A stretch of 64,000 bases of DNA from an uncultured Candidatus Saccharibacteria bacterium (GCA_964481345.1 CAYZTC010000003.1:6653-70652), one strand, 5' to 3'. Positions 28,418 through 38,683 are shown, counted from the first letter of the stretch. The notes: generated from the letters alone by a model not told the origin. Numbers and translations: made by a program.

Positions 28418-30291
28418 TGCAACTCAAAAAAATTATTACAGTATCATTTTTCGTGGTCATATTTACCTTATTGGCAAGGGGTGTTTGGGGGTTTGAGGAT
28501 GCAAGAATATATACTGATTTTACTTCGGAATATGTTGTAAGTGATGAAAATACAGCTGAAGCAGAGATGACTATCACGTTTACTAATGAGGGTGAGGTTT
28601 CCTCGATTTTATCGAAGTATAACTTAAATATTGGAAATATTGACCCTTTAAATGTTGAAGTTACTTATAGTGCTGAGAAAATTCCATTTACTATGTACGA
28701 ATCTAATGGAATTATCATTCAAATGAGTCTCGGAGAAATACTTTTAAGTCCAGATACTCCAGAGGAAGTTGTAGTGAAGTATGATGTGAGTGAATTTTTT
28801 GTATCGATCGGAGGTGCATATGATGTTGCACTTCCCATATTTGACCGTGCTACTTCCACAAGTGGTGGTAGTGTTGATTTAAGGTTTCCCAATTCGTTCG
28901 GATCAATAAGTTACTCAAGTATTGATTATACTTTAGAGGAGGGAGAAACTTTTTCAACGTACAATTTTGTTAGTGATGAGGTTGATTCGGTCTATGTCTC
29001 TATTGGTAATAATAGGTGTTTTTCGTTGAATATGGAGAGGGTGTTGGAAAATATGACATCTGACTATGTAACTCAGGAGATTCTTCTTCCTGTGGATTCT
29101 GCTGGTCAAACTATAGTGTTACAGAATCTCTCGCCTTTTCCTGATAGTGTAAACATGACTGACGAAGGTAACCTCTTTCTTGTATATAACATTGCTCCGG
29201 ATGATACTATTTGGGTGAGAATTCAAGGAGTTGTCGTTTCCAAAAATGTTGAAGAATCAAGTTATTTACTATCGGCGGGTCAAAAGGCAGTACATCTGGA
29301 TACCAGTATGGCATTGTGGAAAATCACCGATGAGAATATCCTGGCCGCGATGGAAGAACTAGATGATGGAATGAGTACTTCTGAGAAGGTGGGTTGGACA
29401 TACGAGTTCTTGATGGAAAATCTGAATCTAAGTGATGATTTCAGAGATCTTCATTCTTTTGAGTATCGAAAGGGTGCTGATATAGCATTACAAACATATA
29501 AGAATGCCTCTGCAGAAGATTTTGCAGACTCATTTATTGCTATTGCTAGAATACTGGATATTCCATCTCGTGTAGTTTCGGGATATGTATTTCCCTATAC
29601 TGTCGGTGGTAGCCGCGTTGGAATATACCATGTGTGGCCACAGTATTGGTCGGAAAAATATGAGTGGATATCAATAGATCCTGCATACGAGTTGTATTCC
29701 GGATTTGAACAACAAGATTGTACTGGGCTGAATAGAGTTATTATGGCTGTTTATCCGAGCAGTTTAAGTGATATTGATTTTGAGGGGAGCTCAAGTGAGA
29801 TGTTCTTTACGGAAGAGATGGTAGAAAAGGTAGTAGATCTTGATGTGGAAATCGAAATAGAAGATGAAATTCAAGCAGGTAGGTCAGAAAGTGGAAGTAT
29901 TACCTTGTTTAACAACGGTAATACCGTCATAAAAGAGATAAGTTTTTCTGATTTAGGGGGAGATCTTGAGATTGACATTGATGATGGGAGTGATAGGACT
30001 GTACTTCTGCCCGGTGAATCATTTGATTATGATTTTACAATTAGGGTAAGCGAGTGGTACTTGTCAGGAAGTAAAAAGATTAAGCTTGAAGTGCTGTCTC
30101 AAACTGCAAACGGGCAGGAAAGAAATAGTGCTGAAAAAACGGTAAGCGTAATTCCCCTGAAATGGGCAGAACCAGTAACTTGGGTGATTACTTTTGTACT
30201 CTTCTCTTTCTCTACCTGGCTTTTGTATGTTATATACAAGGTAGTGAGAAAATACTTTCCGGTATTATCCTCTAAATTTAAAAAGAAATAA
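28417..30291 (+). CDS. secreted transglutaminase-like protein with C-terminal membrane anchor
   Basis: ARILDIPSRVVSGY, HVWPQY, IDPAY; catalytic Cys position is Ala. Confidence 0.8.
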   Translation: MQLKKIITVSFFVVIFTLLARGVWGFEDARIYTDFTSEYVVSDENTAEAEMTITFTNEGEVSSILSKYNLNIGNIDPLNVEVTYSAEKIPFTMYESNGIIIQMSLGEILLSPDTPEEVVVKYDVSEFFVSIGGAYDVALPIFDRATSTSGGSVDLRFPNSFGSISYSSIDYTLEEGETFSTYNFVSDEVDSVYVSIGNNRCFSLNMERVLENMTSDYVTQEILLPVDSAGQTIVLQNLSPFPDSVNMTDEGNLFLVYNIAPDDTIWVRIQGVVVSKNVEESSYLLSAGQKAVHLDTSMALWKITDENILAAMEELDDGMSTSEKVGWTYEFLMENLNLSDDFRDLHSFEYRKGADIALQTYKNASAEDFADSFIAIARILDIPSRVVSGYVFPYTVGGSRVGIYHVWPQYWSEKYEWISIDPAYELYSGFEQQDCTGLNRVIMAVYPSSLSDIDFEGSSSEMFFTEEMVEKVVDLDVEIEIEDEIQAGRSESGSITLFNNGNTVIKEISFSDLGGDLEIDIDDGSDRTVLLPGESFDYDFTIRVSEWYLSGSKKIKLEVLSQTANGQERNSAEKTVSVIPLKWAEPVTWVITFVLFSFSTWLLYVIYKVVRKYFPVLSSKFKKK

Positions 30292-30293
30292 AA

Positions 30294-30689
30294 TTGGAGT
30301 TATACATACTTATTGTTGCAATTATTGTTTTGTTATTTGTGTTAATCCTTGTTGGCGGGGGTGCTCAAAGAAACAAGGATCTGATAAAGGCAGAGTTGCC
30401 GGTTGCGGAGAAGTTGGTAAAGGGAAATATCTCTCAAGTAAAAGAAGGCATAATGAAATTTGATAATATATTAAACAAATCATTACAGGCAAAGGGGTTT
30501 CGTGGTCAAACATTGGGGGAGAGGCTTAAGTCCGCAAATAGGTATTTTAAGTGGAACGATTACTCTGGTATATGGGAGGCACATAAGTTAAGAAACAAGA
30601 TAGTTCACGAGGACCATGATCCAGGTGGCACTGAGATCAAAAAATCAGTAAAATACTTCAAGTTGGCGATTAATAAACTACTTAAATGA
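30294..30689 (+). CDS. membrane-anchored HEPN/DUF4145-like protein
   Basis: TM helix, TLGERLK, WEAHKLRNKIVH (Rx4H). Confidence 0.7.
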   Translation: MELYILIVAIIVLLFVLILVGGGAQRNKDLIKAELPVAEKLVKGNISQVKEGIMKFDNILNKSLQAKGFRGQTLGERLKSANRYFKWNDYSGIWEAHKLRNKIVHEDHDPGGTEIKKSVKYFKLAINKLLK

Positions 30690-31240
30690 AAAGGGTATTA
30701 CTTATTACAGCTGTAATATTTTGTTCGATGCTATCTTTTGCTTATGCAGAGGAAATTGATGAGGACTCTCCTGACTCTGAGTATGTAAGTATGGAGGTAA
30801 ATGTGGGTTTGCAGTCAGTGTTTACAAACGAGATCCCACTGATTGTCAGTTTTACACCTAATACTGATTCAAACAAGGCGTCCATCGAGTGGGTACTTCC
30901 ATATGATCTTGAGTCTGACTCAGATTTGAAGCAGTGGTTCCCAGTGGAGAAAGGGACTGAGTATGAAGTAAAGGTGTGGGTAAGCCCTGAGGAACCGGGT
31001 AGGTACGAAGTGCCAATAAATGTAGACGTATGGCTTTATAATTCTTCACATATAAATACAAGGACTCTAAGTTTTGAGGTGGATGATTCACTCAGAGTTA
31101 GTCCTGTACCATCTGAGTATGTAAGAAACTTTGTTCTTAAGTGGGTGGCAATGGTGATATTGTGTGTTGTTGTAATATTTGTATTATGGAGATTGTGGGT
31201 TATTTTTTTCCCAAAGTTTAAGAAATGGTTAGAGGAGTAG
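30686..31240 (+). CDS. secreted Ig-like domain protein with C-terminal TM helix
   Basis: signal peptide, beta-rich, PGRYEV, C-terminal TM. Confidence 0.7.
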   Translation: MKRVLLITAVIFCSMLSFAYAEEIDEDSPDSEYVSMEVNVGLQSVFTNEIPLIVSFTPNTDSNKASIEWVLPYDLESDSDLKQWFPVEKGTEYEVKVWVSPEEPGRYEVPINVDVWLYNSSHINTRTLSFEVDDSLRVSPVPSEYVRNFVLKWVAMVILCVVVIFVLWRLWVIFFPKFKKWLEE

Positions 31241-32187
31241 AAAGTATAAAAAAGTTTTTTTCATTTTTGTGGTATAGGTATTTTAAAGCAAGTACCACAA
31301 ACTTTATTATTTTTTTACTGGTTCTTGTATTTGGACTATTATCAATACTCATGGTTTACAGATATTGGGACAGTATTATGCTTGCAATTCCAGGAGTAGT
31401 AAGTCACGATGAATATAATGAACTGACGGATCAGAAGAACGAATATATTAATCAAAATGCTGGGTTGCTTTCTGAAAACGCTGGGCTTGAGGTAGAGCTT
31501 GCTGATTTAAGTGATAATGAGTATTCCCAAAGAGCTGATATATACAATGAGATAATCATTAATCTCCAAGAGGTGATTGAGAATATTGGGGCGATGATTG
31601 CGTATGGGGAGCAGTTTGTGGATATGCAGCTTCCAGTATATGTGACTCGATATGTGGAGCTATCTCAAGAGTTAGATGAATTGAGGCTTCAGGCCTCTCA
31701 AAAGTCACTTTTAATTTCTCAAGCAAGAAAGGATCAGAACGATTTGAATTGGAAAAGGGATAGTTTTGACTTGTGTCTTAATGAGGTTGGTTGGAATGGT
31801 GATGATTCAACTATTAACAGCGAAATTTTGGTCTGCATAGACAAAATTGATATAGCGATTGAGTATGTGGGTTCACTTGAGGCTAATTATGAAGTGAGTC
31901 TTGAAGACTTACATACCTATTTTGCAACGTTAAAGGAGCAATGGACTGCAAGTGCAGATTACTACTCTGCTCTTTCTGAGAGTAACTATACAAAAGCAAA
32001 TGAATACGATGAGGTATTTGCAGAAAAAAGAAGAGAGATAGAGGAAAGTGACCTGGAAGAAATTTTAGTTAACTTCAGTACTCTTGTTGTACTCCCTGCC
32101 TCAGATGAGTTTGCAGAGATCAGTGAGCAAGTTGCCTCAAAGCAAAATGAGGTAGATATTTGGTATGAGGAGAATATCGAAAAATGA
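31225..32187 (+). CDS. membrane-anchored helical acidic protein
   Basis: TM helix then coiled-coil-like ectodomain. Confidence 0.7.
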   Translation: MVRGVESIKKFFSFLWYRYFKASTTNFIIFLLVLVFGLLSILMVYRYWDSIMLAIPGVVSHDEYNELTDQKNEYINQNAGLLSENAGLEVELADLSDNEYSQRADIYNEIIINLQEVIENIGAMIAYGEQFVDMQLPVYVTRYVELSQELDELRLQASQKSLLISQARKDQNDLNWKRDSFDLCLNEVGWNGDDSTINSEILVCIDKIDIAIEYVGSLEANYEVSLEDLHTYFATLKEQWTASADYYSALSESNYTKANEYDEVFAEKRREIEESDLEEILVNFSTLVVLPASDEFAEISEQVASKQNEVDIWYEENIEK

Positions 32188-33965
32188 AGACCAAGTGGGA
32201 TTTAAAACAGCTTTTTCCTGATGGAAATATTGAAGAATATACTGAGAGAAAGGTAAGAAAATGGAAAGCATTTGCGTCGAAGTATCGAAAGGATAAAAGC
32301 TTTTTAAAATCTCCCCCAAAATTAAAGGAGGCTTTGGATGAGTATTGCAAACTGCGCATTGTATATGATACTTATGGTCTTGATAATTTTTATTATAGGT
32401 TGGCATCCGATCTTAAACTTGATAATTCGGATTTAAAGCAAAAAGAGAAGAAGCATTATGATATTTCATTAAATTTGGCGAACCAACTAGAATTTTTTAG
32501 TTTAGAGCTTGGGAAAGTAAGCAAAGATAGGCAAAAAGAATTTCTTCGATCGCCTCTTCTTTCTGAATACAAATATTTCCTCAAGAGGCTATTTGTAGTA
32601 TCAAAATATTTTCTTCTTGAAGAGTCGGAAAAAATAATGAAGTTACTTTCTACTTCCTCCTATTCTAACTGGGTACGAATGACCGATGAATTGCTAAATA
32701 CAGAAAAAGCTTTAGTTCATAATTCCAATGGAAAAAAAGAGGAGATTAGTTTTAGTGAGTTAACTGAAAGGATAAATGATCCTAGGAAAAAAATTAGAAA
32801 AGAGGCCGGTAAAAAGTTCAATGAGATTCTTGAGAAGTATTTGAAGGTTGCAGAGTATGAGATAAATTCTATTCTTGATGAAAAAAGAGTATCTGACAAT
32901 TTAAGAGGTTACAAATATCCGGAGGAGACAAATCATATAGTAAATGATGTAAGTACAGAAATGGTTGGTAAACTAGTTGAAGAGGTAACAAAAAGAAATG
33001 ACCTATCTCATAGATATTATGAACTTAAAGCAAAATTGATGGGTAAGAAAAAGCTTGAGTATTATGAAAGAAACGTTCCTCTTGGATCAGTTTCAAAAAG
33101 GTATTCGTTTACTGAAGCTTCAGATATTGTAGGTAATGTTATTAAACAAGTGGATTCTGGATTTTATCAGATATACAGTACCCTACTTTCGAATGGACAA
33201 GTTGATGTATTTCCTGAAGTAGGAAAAAAGAGTGGTGGGTATTGTGTAGGGAATACAATATCCTCCCCTATTTTCATTCTTCTAAACTATATTGGAACTT
33301 ATAAAAATGTTACAACACTTGCACATGAGATGGGACATGCTATCAATAACGAGTTAATGAGGAATATTAAAAACCCTTTGTACTATGGAATTTCTTCAAT
33401 CACCCAGGAGGTATCAAGCAATTTTTTTGAGGACTTTGTGTGTGACGAGGTTTCTAAGTCACTTTCTAAAGAGGAGCAGCTAAATGTCCTTATGGAGAGA
33501 TTAAATTCTGGAGTGTCTTCAGTTCATAGACAGATTGCATGCTATAAATTTGAAAGAGATTTGCATCGAGAGTTCAGAAAAAAGAAATTTCTCTCATATG
33601 AAGATATTGGAGCTTTATTTTCTAATAAAATGAAGGAATATATGGGAGATTTTGTAGATCATCCTAAATATTCGCATAATTGGTGGTTGTATTGGAGACA
33701 CATAAGGTTATACTTCTACGTATATTCTTATGCAAGTGGTTATCTTATTTCTTGGTATATGCAAAGGCAGGTGAGGAAAGATAAACAGTGGGTTAAGAAG
33801 CTAAAAAAATTCATGAAGGCTGGAAGTTCAGATAGTCCAACTAATATCTTAAAGTCTATTGGAATAGATATTGAATCTGGAGAACTTTGGAAGGAAGGTC
33901 TTGACGAAATGGAGGGTATGCTTGAAAAGGCAGAAAAACTTGCAAAAGAGCTTGGGAAAATATAG
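32184..33965 (+). CDS. pepF: oligoendopeptidase F (M3 family)
   Basis: WDL, GKKSGGYC, HEMGH, HIRLYFYVYSYA. Confidence 0.9.
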   Translation: MKTKWDLKQLFPDGNIEEYTERKVRKWKAFASKYRKDKSFLKSPPKLKEALDEYCKLRIVYDTYGLDNFYYRLASDLKLDNSDLKQKEKKHYDISLNLANQLEFFSLELGKVSKDRQKEFLRSPLLSEYKYFLKRLFVVSKYFLLEESEKIMKLLSTSSYSNWVRMTDELLNTEKALVHNSNGKKEEISFSELTERINDPRKKIRKEAGKKFNEILEKYLKVAEYEINSILDEKRVSDNLRGYKYPEETNHIVNDVSTEMVGKLVEEVTKRNDLSHRYYELKAKLMGKKKLEYYERNVPLGSVSKRYSFTEASDIVGNVIKQVDSGFYQIYSTLLSNGQVDVFPEVGKKSGGYCVGNTISSPIFILLNYIGTYKNVTTLAHEMGHAINNELMRNIKNPLYYGISSITQEVSSNFFEDFVCDEVSKSLSKEEQLNVLMERLNSGVSSVHRQIACYKFERDLHREFRKKKFLSYEDIGALFSNKMKEYMGDFVDHPKYSHNWWLYWRHIRLYFYVYSYASGYLISWYMQRQVRKDKQWVKKLKKFMKAGSSDSPTNILKSIGIDIESGELWKEGLDEMEGMLEKAEKLAKELGKI

Positions 33966-34150
33966 CTATTTTTCGTTTGGCGCAATTCCTGTGTAGCTTT
34001 TCTTATTTTTTGGATTGTGAACTCTTGCTCCCTTAATGTATATATATTTTGACTCATCCCTTTTGTTACTCAAGTTGCCTACTCAAAATGTTAAATCCCT
34101 TTTTTAGCAAAATAGAGTAATGTTATGGAAGTATATATATTGGGAGTGGT

Positions 34151-34453
34151 TTATGATCGGGGGAGTTTCTTTATTTTTTCAAGCTCTTTGTGAACATTGC
34201 TTAATGCCTTTTCAATACGTGAGAGTTGTGACTCTACTGCATAATCTTCAGAATTACCTTTGATGAAATAGTCTAGTGGTTTGTTTAGCTCCTCTGCAAT
34301 CCTTATTAGTGTCTCAAGTGGTGGAATTGTCCTGTTTGATTCATAAGCACTTACAGCTTTATCGGAAAGACCCAAGGATATACCAAGGTCTTTTTGTGAG
34401 ACATTTTGTTCTTGTCTCGCTTTGCGAATTTTATCGCCTAGGTCGTCCAGCAT
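34151..34453 (-). CDS. XRE-family HTH transcriptional regulator
   Basis: IRKARQEQNVSQKDLG...VSAYESNRTIP. Confidence 0.9.
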   Translation of the reverse strand: MLDDLGDKIRKARQEQNVSQKDLGISLGLSDKAVSAYESNRTIPPLETLIRIAEELNKPLDYFIKGNSEDYAVESQLSRIEKALSNVHKELEKIKKLPRS

Positions 34454-34480
34454 ATCTACGCGGATTATATATCAACTATA

Positions 34481-35236
34481 TCAAGAACGAAAGATACCGC
34501 TAAAAGGACTTTTCCTTTTTTTAGGTTTATTGTTTAGGTTATCAGTAAAAAAGGGGGCAGGAGGTAGCTCTGGCAGGCCTTCTTCTTTTGGTATATCGCT
34601 AACGTCAACATCTGAGCTGTCCTTAGATATTTCATTGTTGTACTTAAATGTATCTGGTGATGTAATATCTTCAGGTTCAGATTCCACTTGTTTTCTTAAT
34701 TGTCTGATGTATCTGTTTTTTTCTTTGAGTAAGTTGTTAACCTGTTTGAACTCCTCAAGTTGATCTTTTACCTGCCCTTCGAGTACTTTTACTTTTGCCT
34801 TATGACTTCCTATTTCCTCTTTGATTTCGTCGTATTTGTTTCCTTTTTCCAATAGGTCTTTGTGTTCTTTCCCATTGAGAAGCTGATTTCTAATTTCGTC
34901 TTCTCCCATCGGGCTAAATCTATAATAGCTTAAGTCCCTATTGTCTGGCTCTCTTCCAAGTACTTCTTGAAAAACCTTTTTAATCAGTTCTGTTTTGTCT
35001 TCGCTACTACCTTCAGTTCTTGAAGGAAAGCCAAGATCCCCAAAGCCATTTGATCCAAATGGAAAACCTGGTTTAGGAGGAATGGGTGAAGTTTTATTAG
35101 CTGGTTTGGAAGGTGGTTGTTTTCTAGGAATTTGCTTTAATTGAGAAGGTTTCTTTGAAACAGATTTTACGGCATCACCTTTTGGTGACGGGAACTTCAC
35201 ATATCCGGAAGTTTTAGTTGGCTTGTTGTTTTTCAT
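34481..35236 (-). CDS. Pro/Lys-rich protein with DUF4214-like motif and coiled coil
   Basis: FQEVLGREPD motif. Confidence 0.65.
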   Translation of the reverse strand: MKNNKPTKTSGYVKFPSPKGDAVKSVSKKPSQLKQIPRKQPPSKPANKTSPIPPKPGFPFGSNGFGDLGFPSRTEGSSEDKTELIKKVFQEVLGREPDNRDLSYYRFSPMGEDEIRNQLLNGKEHKDLLEKGNKYDEIKEEIGSHKAKVKVLEGQVKDQLEEFKQVNNLLKEKNRYIRQLRKQVESEPEDITSPDTFKYNNEISKDSSDVDVSDIPKEEGLPELPPAPFFTDNLNNKPKKRKSPFSGIFRS

Positions 35237-35389
35237 TTGTCGTTGGCAGTTAATGCATTTATATTATATTTGCAGCCTTTTTACAAGTTTAACCTGCTAT
35301 ATATCAGAAATCTTCTTAAAATATTTTATTCATTACCGTTTAACTAAACCTTGTTAGAGGAGGAATTCCTTGTAATGGTAAGCAGCTTA

Positions 35390-35418
35390 TTGACAATTAA
35401 TGAGGTATCTTATAGTAT
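35390..35418 (+). promoter_or_regulatory. sigma70 promoter with no clear downstream CDS
   Basis: TTGACA-17-TAGTAT. Confidence 0.5.
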
Positions 35419-35715
35419 TCATTTGATCTTAAAAAATGGAGGTGCTTATAGAAAAAATGTAAGGCCGGTCCAGCGGCCAAAATGTGACTTTACTGGACTA
35501 TGAGGATAATCATCGCAAACCTAGAAAAAAAATGTTGAATTTGGGTTTTGATTAATTCACACCCTTAAATCCTCGAGATCCTTTTTTATAAAGGAAAAGG
35601 TGTGAAGTTTTACCTTCGTTTTTTTTGAGGCTAGCCTGGTTGTATTGAAACGCGCCGGTTTTTTTATACTTAAAAATCCAGGCTGGTCTCTCAAATTTTT
35701 GGAATCTGTTTTGCC

Positions 35716-36366
35716 TTAATCTAGGATTCTTTTTATTCTTTCAATTGCTTTTGGCAAATTTGGGGTACCCTGTCCTACTGGGTAGTACGAGGGGTAGATT
35801 TTGTAGGTTTTTGTGTCAATATTTATTGTTTCGTATTCATTATTTATGTAGTTTGAAACCGATATGGGCTTTTCCAGTAAGGTAGAACTTACTACGTTTC
35901 CAAATGTTATTATTATTTCAGGATCAAGTATTAATAACTCCTTTTTTGTGTTGTTAACAAAATCTTTAAAAACTTTTGACTTAATGGTTCTAGCGTCTGG
36001 TTGGGTGCATTTTGCAATATTAGTGATGTAAAGTGATTCGTTTGAAACCTCTGAATAAAGTTCTTCAGCAAATCTTTCAGTCCATTGATTTGGTTTGTAA
36101 ACTTGTGCTCTGTAAATAATCTCTTTTCTTCTAATGAGATCAAGTTCAAACAGTAGTTTCCATACTTGTTTTGTACCGATCCATGGTGCGCGAATTCCTT
36201 TCCAGCTGGAATGAGCCGATATGTTTCTTGCAGTAGGGTTCATAAAAACCATGCATATTCGAGGATTCTTAGTACGACCTGCCCCATAAATCGGAAAAAA
36301 TCTTGAGTCTCCATGTCTTTTGTGAAGGGAGTTAATTTCGTTGAATAGCTCTTCAAGCTGTAGCAT
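35716..36366 (-). CDS. uracil-DNA glycosylase superfamily protein
   Basis: VFMNP, YITNIAKC, PEIIITFG, YPSYYP. Confidence 0.8.
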   Translation of the reverse strand: MLQLEELFNEINSLHKRHGDSRFFPIYGAGRTKNPRICMVFMNPTARNISAHSSWKGIRAPWIGTKQVWKLLFELDLIRRKEIIYRAQVYKPNQWTERFAEELYSEVSNESLYITNIAKCTQPDARTIKSKVFKDFVNNTKKELLILDPEIIITFGNVVSSTLLEKPISVSNYINNEYETINIDTKTYKIYPSYYPVGQGTPNLPKAIERIKRILD

Positions 36367-36728
36367 GAAATGATTATATCAAGAATTTCTTTAAGGAATA
36401 TCAGCTACTTACAATTTCCAAAATCTTCTCCCTTATTTTTTCCTTAAATTCAAAAAATGTTCTAATTCAAATGTGAATGAAACAGTTTTCTAGTCTTAGT
36501 TATTTTAAGATAAAAAATGTGAATGCTCTATATCCAACGCCTATCCATAAAATGACAACAAGAAATGTGAGTAGATAAAATAAGAACCCCTTGAGATATT
36601 TCCAAAATGATTTCATGACATTATTATTGTACATATTATACTGACAAATGCCAAAATGCTGGAGCAAGATCTAAGTTCATTATCAATCACTTCGCTCCTT
36701 TGGAGCTTGTTCTTGAATGAGCGTAGTA

Positions 36729-36804
36729 TGGAGCGGGAGACGGGATTCGAACCCGTGACCTTCTCCTTGGAAGGGAGACATTCTAGCCGCTGAACTACTC
36801 CCGC
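36729..36804 (-). tRNA. tRNA-Gly(TCC), CCA encoded
   Basis: GCGGGAG acceptor stem, TCTCC-CTTCCAA-GGAGA anticodon arm, GGTTCGAATCC. Confidence 0.96.
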
Positions 36805-36899
36805 TTTATTATGATTATAATATCATATTGCTGATTTCTCTAGGTAGTAAGTCGGGAGGTGGACTTGACTTAATTAAAATTTCATTAACTTATGTGTCC

Positions 36900-37066
36900 A
36901 GGTTTAACCTTAAGATTATCCTCTCATAATAGCCTAAACCTTTATTATTGAAAGTATAAACTCAACAAATATTCAAAAAGTAGCGGTATACCAACCTTTT
37001 TGTCAGGTCAGACCTCAACTACTTTCTTAATGAATTTTTAATGAAGGTTTAACCAAGGACTGTCCT
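36900..37066. repeat. cluster of 11-bp REP-like palindromes
   Basis: AGGTTTAACCT (36900), AGGTCAGACCT (37005), AGGTTTAACCA (37045), AGGACTGTCCT (37056), plus decayed copies. Confidence 0.6.
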
Positions 37067-37072
37067 CGATTT

Positions 37073-38080
37073 CTAACAGATAAGGCCTCCTCGAACAACT
37101 CTATCTCTATCATACAGAACTAACGATTGGCCGTTTGTTGGGGCATAAACGGGTTTATTGAGGGTTACAATGCCTTTTGAATATCTGCATTTAACGGGCT
37201 CTTGTTTGTATCGGATTTGTGCAAGATATTCATTATTTTCTAGTGGTAGTTCATCTGTCCAAGATTCATCGGTAATCAAAATTTTCTTTTTCCATAACGT
37301 TTTGTGGTCTTTTCCCATACCAACGTATAAAATGTTCGATTTAATATTCTTATCAACGACGTAATACGGTTTTTTTGTGCCACCTATTTTTATACCTTTC
37401 CTTTGTCCAATTGTGTAAAAGTGGACTCCTGAGTGTTCGCCAACCTCTTCTTTTGTGTCAAAATCAAATATTATTCCTGGGCTTTCTTTGATGTTTTGCC
37501 TTATATACTCATGGACATTTGAGTTCTGAATAAAGCAGATATCCTGACTTTCCTTACTTGCTGTTGTTTTTAGTCCAGTTTCCTTGGCAATTTTGCGGAC
37601 TTCGTTTTTGGTCATATTTCCAAGTGGAAATAGCGTTTTTTTCAGGATTTTCTTGTTCAGACGATATAAAAAGTAGGACTGGTCCCGAGTAGGGTCAGAC
37701 CCTCTCAGTAACCTGCCATTATCTACTCTTGCGTAGTGGCCAGTTGATATGTAATCTGCACCTTCTTTTAAACATTCTTGTAAGAATCTTCCAAACTTAA
37801 TCTTTTCGTTGCAGATAACGCAAGGGTTTGGAGTTAAGCCCTGCTTTAAAGCCTTTTTATAGCTATTAATTACCTCTTTTTCAAAGTCTTTTCTGAAATC
37901 CCATATCAAAAGTGGTACTTTCAGTTGTTCTGATACTATTTTTGCATATTTGGAAGTATCTTCTGGAAGATTTAATATATGAACTCCTGTCACGTTTTCT
38001 CCTTCTTGTATAAGGGTAAAGGCCGCTATGGCACTATCTACGCCGCCCGAAAGACCTAGGAATACGTTTTTGCTACTCAT
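37073..38080 (-). CDS. mnmA: tRNA 2-thiouridylase
   Basis: SGGVDS, NPCVICN, TGHYA, DQSYFL, SQDICF, YTIGQRKG. Confidence 0.95.
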   Translation of the reverse strand: MSSKNVFLGLSGGVDSAIAAFTLIQEGENVTGVHILNLPEDTSKYAKIVSEQLKVPLLIWDFRKDFEKEVINSYKKALKQGLTPNPCVICNEKIKFGRFLQECLKEGADYISTGHYARVDNGRLLRGSDPTRDQSYFLYRLNKKILKKTLFPLGNMTKNEVRKIAKETGLKTTASKESQDICFIQNSNVHEYIRQNIKESPGIIFDFDTKEEVGEHSGVHFYTIGQRKGIKIGGTKKPYYVVDKNIKSNILYVGMGKDHKTLWKKKILITDESWTDELPLENNEYLAQIRYKQEPVKCRYSKGIVTLNKPVYAPTNGQSLVLYDRDRVVRGGLIC

Positions 38081-38116
38081 GTTTATTATTCTAACACAGC
38101 ATGCTATATTGAGGTT

Positions 38117-38683
38117 GTGGATACTATCAGGCAGATTAAAAGGATTATTACAGTAGTTTTTTTGATTGTACTTGGAATAATGGGATATACCTATTGGGAG
38201 AGGCTAGAGCCAATAGTGTCAAATATTTCAGAGAAAGTTAGTACAGCAAAAGATCTTTTTGAGACAGCTTCTGATGTGCAGGAAAATATTGCTGGTGTAG
38301 ATGTAAAAGAGGTTTATATAACAACAGATTCAGGTGAATATAAGCTTGAAGTAGAGGTTGCAGATAGCGATGAGGAAAGGGCAATTGGATTGATGTATAG
38401 GGAAAACTTGTGTGATGACTGTGGGATGTTATTTGTATATGAAAATGAAACAGATTCAGGATTTTGGATGAAGAACTGCCGTGTACCTTTAGATATAGTA
38501 TTTATTGATGATGAAGGAAAAATCATTGATATAAAGAGTGATTTTGAACTCTGTGATGAAAACTGTCTAACTTACTCCCCCGAGGAGGAATATCGCTATG
38601 CCATAGAAGTAAATGGTGGCTGGACAACGAAAAATGATGTTAATATAGGTGATACGGTAGTAGGAATTAGATCTGATTCATAA
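38117..38683 (+). CDS. DUF192 domain protein
   Basis: VEVAD...GLMYR...GMLF...FWMKN...PLDIVF. Confidence 0.9.
   Translation: MDTIRQIKRIITVVFLIVLGIMGYTYWERLEPIVSNISEKVSTAKDLFETASDVQENIAGVDVKEVYITTDSGEYKLEVEVADSDEERAIGLMYRENLCDDCGMLFVYENETDSGFWMKNCRVPLDIVFIDDEGKIIDIKSDFELCDENCLTYSPEEEYRYAIEVNGGWTTKNDVNIGDTVVGIRSDS

Noticed and set aside
33740-34057. 105-aa minus-strand ORF
   Set aside because: Mostly antisense to the pepF 3' end; no recognisable motif
36500-36616. 38-aa hydrophobic ORF downstream of tRNA-Gly
   Set aside because: Short and AT-rich; cannot be told apart from a decayed membrane-protein gene
36900-37066. CRISPR array
   Set aside because: Repeats are 11 bp, variable and irregularly spaced; no cas genes
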